From the NCBI GenBank assembly GCA_025457725.1, contig JALOTU010000032.1:1-11072 (forward strand): 11,072 bases of DNA, in the 5' to 3' direction. Positions 1 to 6,029 of the stretch are shown here, in pieces. Position 1 is the stretch's first letter, and the number at the start of each line of letters is the position of its first letter. Both the position numbers and the translations under genes were made by a program. Source of the DNA: Verrucomicrobiota bacterium. GTDB lineage: Bacteria; Verrucomicrobiota; Verrucomicrobiia; Limisphaerales; DSYF01. The notes beneath the pieces are model-generated. The model did not search any database and was not told the origin of the DNA. It saw only the letters and a list, made by a program, of their open reading frames with translations.

Positions 1-330
1 GGGCACGTCCTCCATGCGGTTCAGGTGGACGATGAGCTGATGGATCGGACTCAGTTCCATATCCACACCGCCAAGGTCGTAGCCGGCCTGATGAAACACG
101 GGCACGCTGGCGTTGATTTCCACCAGCGAGTCGAGCAGGAGCGTCTCGCTGTCCGCCTTCAGATCATCCAATCCAAGCGTCACATCGCTTTTCAATTGTT
201 TGAGCTGGCCGGTGGTCAGCGCCACCGCTTCGCGCAGCTGGGCGATCTTCGGCGGCGCGCTCTGGGCCGCAGCCTGCAACTGGGCGGCGCGCTCGCTGAG
301 GTTTTGGATCGTGCTGATAAACTTTTTCAT
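1..330 (-). CDS. Hypothetical protein, 5' portion only (N-terminal ~110 aa; the gene continues past the left edge of the window). Probable third gene of the flotillin/AAA+ operon.
   Basis: The reverse complement of 1..330 is an uninterrupted frame starting at ATG (complement of 328..330). Translation: MKKFISTIQNLSERAAQLQAAAQSAPPKIAQLREAVALTTGQLKQLKSDVTLGLDDLKADSETLLLDSLVEINASVPVFHQAGYDLGGVDMELSPIHQLIVHLNRMEDVP... An AAGGA Shine-Dalgarno-like motif (complement of 335..339) lies 5 nt upstream of the ATG and overlaps the TGA stop (340..342) of the upstream giant gene. It is absent from the ORF track, presumably because there is no in-window stop. No recognisable family motif. Confidence 0.5.
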   Translation of the reverse strand, partial: MKKFISTIQNLSERAAQLQAAAQSAPPKIAQLREAVALTTGQLKQLKSDVTLGLDDLKADSETLLLDSLVEINASVPVFHQAGYDLGGVDMELSPIHQLIVHLNRMEDVP

Positions 331-339
331 GATCGTCCT

Positions 340-3300
340 TCAGGAAGCCTCCCCGGGAGGCTTGGGGTTGTCGGTGGTCTGCTGGCCCAGCGCGCGGTGA
401 AACTGCTCAAGAAAGGCGCCTTCGTTTTCCAGCATCTCTTGCGTGAGCTGGATCTCCACGGTGCCGTCCTTGGCCCGCTCCACCAGCATGGTTTCCACAC
501 TGCGCAGGTAATCGCGCTGACGGCTGGCGATATCCTTCAAGGTGGCCAGCGTGCTGTGGAGCATTTCCATTTCGTGCATCAGGCTCACCATCTTGTCCGC
601 CATCGAACCGGTGTGGACCTCGGCAATGGCATTCTTGAGATCGCCGCGCAAGGCATCGAGCCCCTCCCCCACCCTGGATGCCAGAACGCTGAAATCGGCT
701 TCAGGCGGCGCTGCGGTCGACGAGGCCGCTGTCAGCCGCTCCTCGAGGGTCGCGCGCAGGGACTCCAGGCTTTTGCCCAACGGCGCAAGATCCAGGGCCA
801 CCGGCGGCGGGTTCTGATCCCTGGCCGCGTTTGCCTGCAAGGCGGACTGCAGGGACTTCAGCCCCTTTTCCACCGGCCCGAAGTCAAGCACCAGCGGCGC
901 GGGGGCGGACGCCTTGGACAACTGGCTTTCGAGGGTCTGCTGGATGGATTCGAGTCCGGATTGGAACGCGGACAACTGCGCCACGACGCGTCCCACCGGG
1001 TCGGACTGGTCGCCGCCGTGGGCCAGCAGGTTGCGTTTGAAGGTCTTCTTGATCTCAGCCCAGCGTGTCGCCTCCTCGGGCGTCAGCGCCCCCAGCAGTT
1101 CCTTGAACTTGAGGAGATTCGCCTCCGCCCCGGTGGTGAGCGTCTGCGACTCGCCCTTGTAATAATCCACCAGCAAGGCCCGCACCTCGTTGTCGTTCAT
1201 GATCGCCGCCACCTTGGAGGCCAGCCGGTTCATGTTGCGGTAGGACCCCTGCAGTTTGAAAGGCGGCTCGGTACGGTATTCGTCCGCCTGCGCCGCCGAG
1301 CGGATGTACTCCAGGTTCACCTTCAGCACCACCTCGCGCACCGTCACCAGCTTCCGCATCACCGACAGGATCTCCTCCACTTCCTGCGACGAGTAGCTGC
1401 CCTCGAACCCATCGGCGTCCCTGCCGCCGGACTCCGCCATGCGAATGAACGCGCGAATGTCCTTCTGGCTCTTGTTGGCCAGCGGCGCAAGCACGGGGTT
1501 CGAGGTGACAGCGTTCTCCAGATAGCTGGCTTTGAAGTAATGTTCGCTGCCGCCGATGATGTCGCCGAGATTGTAGGTGTCGGCGCGGTTGGCCAGCATG
1601 TCGGGGATCTTGAACTTCTGCCCGCTCTCCGTGTAGGGGTTGCCGGCCATGACCACGATGATCTTGCGTCCGCGCAAGTCGTAGGTGCGCGGCCGGCCGC
1701 GCCAGACCCCCTCGATTTTCCGCTGGGCATCGCACAACGAGATGAACTTCTGGAGAAACTCCGGGTTGCAGTGCTGAATGTCGTCCACGTAGATCATCGC
1801 GTTGTCGCCCATCTCCAGCGCGAGATTCAATCGCTGCACCTCCTCGCGTGCCGCGGCGTTGGGCGCCTCCTCCGGATCCAGCGACGTGACATTGTGCCCG
1901 AGCGCCGGCCCGTTGATCTTGACGAACACGATGCCCAGCCGGTTGGCAATGTATTCCATCAACGTGGTCTTGCCGTAGCCGGGCGGCGAGATCAACAGCA
2001 GCAGCCCCATCAGATCCGTTCGTTTCTGGTCGCCGGCCACCCCCACCTGCTTGGCCAGGTTGTCACCGATCAACGGCAGATACACCTCGTCCAACAGCTG
2101 GTTGCGCACGAACGAGGTCAATACCTGCGGCTGAAACTCCCCGAGCCGCAGCCGGGTTCGTTCCCGCTCGACCAGCTGCTGTTTCAGTGTTTGAAACTGC
2201 TGAAAGCGCGGGACCACCTCGCACTGGAATTGCTCAAGCCGCCGCCGGAAGGTGAAATAGTCGAACCGGTACTGGTTGCCCCGGATGACCGCATGGCTGC
2301 CTTTGAGGCCATCGAGATCCCGCGTCGTTTCCGCCTCCACCACCGCCCGCCGCAGCTTCCCCCCGCAAAACAGGAGCGCCGCAACTTCGTCGAGGTAACG
2401 GATGCTCTCCGTTTGGCCCAGCAGAAACCCCCGGATCCAGTCCCGGATCAACTCGAGCTCGCTGGCCGGATGCGTTTCCAGCGACTTGCGGACCTCGCGG
2501 AACACCGCCTCGCTCCCTTTGACGGCAAGGTGCTGCTCGAACCGGGCCACCAGGTCGTTCGCCTCCCGGGTGACGACAAATGCGTCGCTTGCGATCAGTT
2601 GATCAAACAGATATTGCCCGGCCGCGGCCGCCAGGGATTCCGGGAAGAGCCGCGTCTGCCGCGCAAAGTCCGTCACCAGCCCCTGCAGGGCGGCGATGTA
2701 ATCCTGCTGGGTGGCATCGCCGGGAAAGAGCTGATTGCGGGCAGCGAACCCGTTGAGTTTCGCGGACCAAAGCGCAACGGTTTCCGCCGGACAAAAACGA
2801 TGCCAGAAAACGGCGGCACAGGCACGGGCTGCCGGTTCAAAGCAGGCCAATTGCAACGACAGATGGGCGGACGCCAGGGCGTGTAGGATCCGCGCCGCGT
2901 CCAGGTCGTGGATCCCCTTGGTGTAGCCCTCCTGATACCGGGCACCGATGAACTCCTGGACGAGGGACAGGCAGGCTTCCTCCGACGCAGCCGCCACGGC
3001 GAGCCGGCTTGGATGTCCCTCTCCGGGGGCATGAGCGGACTCACTTCCGCCGCTGCGGTTCAGCAGCGATTCCCACAACCGAAAGGCCAGATACTCGGCG
3101 CGGTAAACCGACGCGTTTTCCGAAACCACCTCCTGCTCCCATACGTCGCTCAGGGAGAGGAACACTTCATCGGTGATCCGGTCGAAGTAATTGGTGCTGG
3201 TCAGGTGGAGGTACTGTACGCCCTGGCGGTTCACCACGGTCAGGTCCAGCGGCTGGGTGTTGGTGTTGAACCGGTGCCCGCCCAGCTTGATGATCGCCTG

Positions 3301-5913
3301 GCCATCCACGAACAGCTCCTGGCGATCCTTCAACTGCCGCACCGCCTCCTGCTGCGCGCTTTTCAGCCGTCCCTGCAAATCGTCGGCTTTGACCGAATCG
3401 CCCAGCCCCACCAGCTGCTCGATCGTCTCGCGAACCTTGGCGCTCATCAGGTCCGACGCCATGTAGGTGTTGATTTCCCCGATCGTCTTGAACCCGGCCA
3501 GCCGGTTTTGGATCACCTTGAGGATCCGCTCGGCCGCGGTCATCAGCGCGTTCGAGCGGCGGTTGCGCTGCTCGATCAACGCGACCTTGCGTTGTTCAAA
3601 CGCCTCGTAGAGCTGCGTGCGCCGCTCGGCCAGCTGCACCGTGTAGTCCTCGAAATCCGCGAACGCGCCCTCGAGTTCCTCCAGCTGAACAGAGATCCGG
3701 TTCAGATACTCCTCGCACCGGGCCGGGGTGTCGCACAGGTCGAGGTAGCCCGCGGCGGACTGGCTCAACAGCTTGAGCTGCGCGGCAAACTGCGCGGCGC
3801 CTTCGCTCGCCACCAGCGCCTTCAGCCGCTTCTTCAACGCGGCCTTCACCTGGTTCAGGGTGGAATAGACCGCGGTGATGCCGTCGATGATCCGCGTGGT
3901 CTCGGTGGCGTCCTCGATCTTCAGGCTGTTGACGATCTCGACCAGCATCTCCAGCTCGCCCCCCGCCCCGGCCACCGTCTTCTCGATCTCGCGGCCTTCG
4001 GCGACCTTGGCGATCGATTCCACCCGCGCGAGTTGATCGTCCGCCTGCCGGCGATACGGCTCCAGGGCTTCGGGTTGCAGCAGAAACCGGACACACGCCC
4101 CGGACAAGTCTTCCGTCTGCCCGACGACGGCAGCCTCCAGTTCCTCGACCTGCGCGACCTCGACGTATCGCACCTCCTTGAGGGTGATGAGTTCGCCGCG
4201 CAGCTGCCGCAAGGCGGTCAAGTGGCCCACATAATCATTGAGCGACTTGAAGCTGGAACGGCGCATCTCCTGGAATCGCCCCTCGCAAAGCTGGCGGGCC
4301 TGCGCGACCCGCTGTTTCGCCTCCTGCTGCAGGCGGCGCACCTTGTCGAACTCGTCCACCGCCTTGTCGGCCGCCTCGCGCACCTGCTGGATCGCGGCCT
4401 GCAGCCCAAAGCCCTCCTCGCCGCGCAGCCAGGGATACGCATCCAGCACGGTGCCGCAGCGCTTGACCAGGTCGGTGTAAAGAGCGGCATAAGGCTGCTC
4501 CTTTTGCACCAGGGTCAGCACCTCGTTGCACTCGGCGAGGCAACGCACCACCTCCTTGTTTCCCACCTGGTAAAGAAAGGCCTCCCGCTTTCCCGCCGGC
4601 TCGTGGCCGGGTTCGTGGAAGGGTGTCTGACGCAGCTGGATCAGGTGATGCTTTTGCGGCTCGGCTTCGGCCCGAAACAGCACCATCTGCCCGTTGGGAA
4701 ACAACGTGAACCCGTGGCAGCTGATGCGCTCCTCGACCTTGTGCAGGATCAAACGGTAGGGCATCAGCACATACTCGCCCGTCAGCCGGTTATAGAAGAC
4801 GTAGAGCACATCCTCACCATTCGGCGCCTGCACGGCCCGCTCCATGATCATGCCGCGTTCCCGTCCCTCAAATTGCTTCAGCTCGCCCGTGGCCAGATAG
4901 CAGCCATGCGGAAAGATCAGACCATGCTCCTCCGGCAGCAGCGCGCAGGATTGGCCGATGGAATCCACGCGCACCACCGATTGCTGCTTCTCATTGTAGA
5001 TGAAGTAACGGGTGTCGGTCTCCTTGTAAGGCCGGATCTTGAGCAGGATGAGGTGCCCCAGGATGGCATAGCCGACCTCCGCATCGTCCACCTTCTGGTA
5101 CCGGTCATCGACCGGCTCGGCATAGATGCCCTGTCCCGTGCGGGTGTTGTCCTCGACCTTGATCGTCAGGTCGCCCCCGGTGCAATCCACGAACACGCGG
5201 TCCTCGATGGAGATGTGCGGATGATCGCCGTAGTGATACGATTCCCGATCGGGAATGCGCCACCGAAACGGGTGCGGGTCGGGAAATCCCACCCGCCGAT
5301 ACTCGGCCTCGGCGCGCCCGTCCACAAACCGCAGCCGGCCGTCGTTGAACGCCCACTTGAACACCGCGATGTCATTCGCCCCCGGGCCGGTGGCGAACAC
5401 CATGTAAAGCTTGCCCTCGATGACGGAGAATTTGCGGAAGGCGGTCTTCTCATAGACGTTGTACAGCCGCTGGAAATCGATGAGAAACTGCTTGTCCTGG
5501 AGCGGGTCCAGCCCGGTTTCCTTGAAGGTGCCGGAATCCTCATCCCGCTGGTAGACGGCAAACACATCCCCCAATTCCACCTGCTTCTTGAGTCCAAACT
5601 GGACGTTGAACCCGAAGAGGAACCGGCCGTGACCCAGCTGCACCATGTCCCGCGGCACGCAGTTGTGCGCCGTGATGATCCGGTCGGCCTGGAGCAGCTT
5701 GTGTTCGATGGATCCGAACACCTCGCGCCGCCGGGCATCCAGCCTGGCCATGGACTCGCGGAGGGATTCCCCCTGCGTCCGCAGCCGCTGGCGGATGATC
5801 TCATACGTGGCGCTGCCCAGCGTCTCAGCGGCAGGCGGCGCGGCGGGATCCGGCTTCGACCGGACCGCGTCCTCCGACTTCCCCGAAGGAGTTTTATCTT
5901 TGGTTTGGACCAT
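340..5913 (-). CDS. Giant (1857 aa) multidomain protein with one central MoxR/dynein-like AAA+ ATPase module, a beta-rich N-terminal domain, long coiled-coil segments and a repeat-containing C-terminus. Function uncharacterised. No signal peptide or TM segment evident.
   Basis: Single uninterrupted 5574-nt ORF with an ATG start at 5913 (MVQTKDK...) and TGA at 340..342. It contains an unmistakable P-loop (LLLISPPGYGKTTLMEYIANRLG; aa 1310-1317 = nt 1963..1986). Walker B is MIYVDDIQH (aa 1373-1381 = nt 1771..1797). This is followed by NPEFLQKFISLCD...RKIIVVMAGNPYTESGQ...IPDMLANRADTYNL, which matches the MoxR/AAA_5 pattern [DEINR]-NP-x-LL-x-M-E...hhhATQNP...LP-x-A-x-LDRF. The overlapping plus-strand ORFs (25..2886, 2908..5958) have no motifs and are judged antisense shadows. 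Confidence 0.85.
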   Translation of the reverse strand: MVQTKDKTPSGKSEDAVRSKPDPAAPPAAETLGSATYEIIRQRLRTQGESLRESMARLDARRREVFGSIEHKLLQADRIITAHNCVPRDMVQLGHGRFLFGFNVQFGLKKQVELGDVFAVYQRDEDSGTFKETGLDPLQDKQFLIDFQRLYNVYEKTAFRKFSVIEGKLYMVFATGPGANDIAVFKWAFNDGRLRFVDGRAEAEYRRVGFPDPHPFRWRIPDRESYHYGDHPHISIEDRVFVDCTGGDLTIKVEDNTRTGQGIYAEPVDDRYQKVDDAEVGYAILGHLILLKIRPYKETDTRYFIYNEKQQSVVRVDSIGQSCALLPEEHGLIFPHGCYLATGELKQFEGRERGMIMERAVQAPNGEDVLYVFYNRLTGEYVLMPYRLILHKVEERISCHGFTLFPNGQMVLFRAEAEPQKHHLIQLRQTPFHEPGHEPAGKREAFLYQVGNKEVVRCLAECNEVLTLVQKEQPYAALYTDLVKRCGTVLDAYPWLRGEEGFGLQAAIQQVREAADKAVDEFDKVRRLQQEAKQRVAQARQLCEGRFQEMRRSSFKSLNDYVGHLTALRQLRGELITLKEVRYVEVAQVEELEAAVVGQTEDLSGACVRFLLQPEALEPYRRQADDQLARVESIAKVAEGREIEKTVAGAGGELEMLVEIVNSLKIEDATETTRIIDGITAVYSTLNQVKAALKKRLKALVASEGAAQFAAQLKLLSQSAAGYLDLCDTPARCEEYLNRISVQLEELEGAFADFEDYTVQLAERRTQLYEAFEQRKVALIEQRNRRSNALMTAAERILKVIQNRLAGFKTIGEINTYMASDLMSAKVRETIEQLVGLGDSVKADDLQGRLKSAQQEAVRQLKDRQELFVDGQAIIKLGGHRFNTNTQPLDLTVVNRQGVQYLHLTSTNYFDRITDEVFLSLSDVWEQEVVSENASVYRAEYLAFRLWESLLNRSGGSESAHAPGEGHPSRLAVAAASEEACLSLVQEFIGARYQEGYTKGIHDLDAARILHALASAHLSLQLACFEPAARACAAVFWHRFCPAETVALWSAKLNGFAARNQLFPGDATQQDYIAALQGLVTDFARQTRLFPESLAAAAGQYLFDQLIASDAFVVTREANDLVARFEQHLAVKGSEAVFREVRKSLETHPASELELIRDWIRGFLLGQTESIRYLDEVAALLFCGGKLRRAVVEAETTRDLDGLKGSHAVIRGNQYRFDYFTFRRRLEQFQCEVVPRFQQFQTLKQQLVERERTRLRLGEFQPQVLTSFVRNQLLDEVYLPLIGDNLAKQVGVAGDQKRTDLMGLLLLISPPGYGKTTLMEYIANRLGIVFVKINGPALGHNVTSLDPEEAPNAAAREEVQRLNLALEMGDNAMIYVDDIQHCNPEFLQKFISLCDAQRKIEGVWRGRPRTYDLRGRKIIVVMAGNPYTESGQKFKIPDMLANRADTYNLGDIIGGSEHYFKASYLENAVTSNPVLAPLANKSQKDIRAFIRMAESGGRDADGFEGSYSSQEVEEILSVMRKLVTVREVVLKVNLEYIRSAAQADEYRTEPPFKLQGSYRNMNRLASKVAAIMNDNEVRALLVDYYKGESQTLTTGAEANLLKFKELLGALTPEEATRWAEIKKTFKRNLLAHGGDQSDPVGRVVAQLSAFQSGLESIQQTLESQLSKASAPAPLVLDFGPVEKGLKSLQSALQANAARDQNPPPVALDLAPLGKSLESLRATLEERLTAASSTAAPPEADFSVLASRVGEGLDALRGDLKNAIAEVHTGSMADKMVSLMHEMEMLHSTLATLKDIASRQRDYLRSVETMLVERAKDGTVEIQLTQEMLENEGAFLEQFHRALGQQTTDNPKPPGEAS
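616..906 (-). repeat. Degenerate ~25-30-aa tandem repeats (three copies) in the C-terminal region of the giant protein (coding repeat, protein level).
   Basis: Translation of this segment gives three similar units: VLDFGPVEKGLKSLQSALQAN, then ALDLAPLGKSLESLRATLEERL, then EADFSVLASRVGEGLDALRGDLKNAI. All share the pattern [LA]D[FL]..[VL]..(K/G)L.SL...L. Coordinates were derived by counting back from the stop at 340..342. Confidence 0.4.
1470..2110 (-). other. AAA+ ATPase module (MoxR / AAA_3-AAA_5-like) inside the giant protein, approximately aa 1270-1480: Walker A, Walker B, sensor-1-like GNP and the ANRAD segment.
   Basis: Walker A PPGYGKTT at nt 1963..1986 (minus strand). Walker B IYVDDIQH at 1776..1797. 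Downstream KIIVVMAGNPYTE and IPDMLANRADTYNL are colinear with the MoxR-family sensor-1 and LP..A.LDRF motifs. Boundaries are approximate, estimated by eye. Confidence 0.7.
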
Positions 5914-6029
5914 CGGTCAGATCATGGGCGCACCATGCGGATCATGTTCTCAAAGTGATGACTGCAACCGGTCGCTCGGTGGCTGCCAGCGATTCGAGTC
6001 TCCGGCGACGCTCCGCGCGCAGCCAGGCC
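5914..6029 (-). promoter_or_regulatory. 116-bp intergenic spacer between the flotillin stop and the giant-ATPase start. It may hold an internal promoter or translational signal. It contains a CATGATC direct repeat just upstream of the ATG.
   Basis: On the minus-strand transcript the sequence reads ...GAGAACATGATCCGCATGGTGCGCCCATGATCTGACCG-ATG. CATGATC occurs twice, 12 nt apart, ending 7 nt before the start codon. No convincing rho-independent terminator hairpin or SD motif is seen, so read-through and co-transcription are likely. Confidence 0.2.

Noticed and set aside
1055-1735. 226-aa and 123-aa minus-strand ORFs nested in the giant gene in other frames, and the small ORFs at 3596..4096, 4218..4543 and 5105..5804
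   Set aside because: These are alternative-frame ORFs inside a confidently called gene. They are Arg/Gly/Pro-rich with no motifs, as expected by chance at this GC content.
25-2886. 953-aa plus-strand ORF
   Set aside because: It lies entirely antisense to the giant ATPase gene, whose frame contains unambiguous Walker A/B and MoxR motifs. The plus-strand translation is Arg/Leu/Gly-rich with no motifs. This is a typical high-GC shadow ORF.
2908-5958. 1016-aa plus-strand ORF
   Set aside because: Antisense shadow of the N-terminal two-thirds of the giant gene. Low-complexity R/L/G/H/Q composition, no start context and no motifs.
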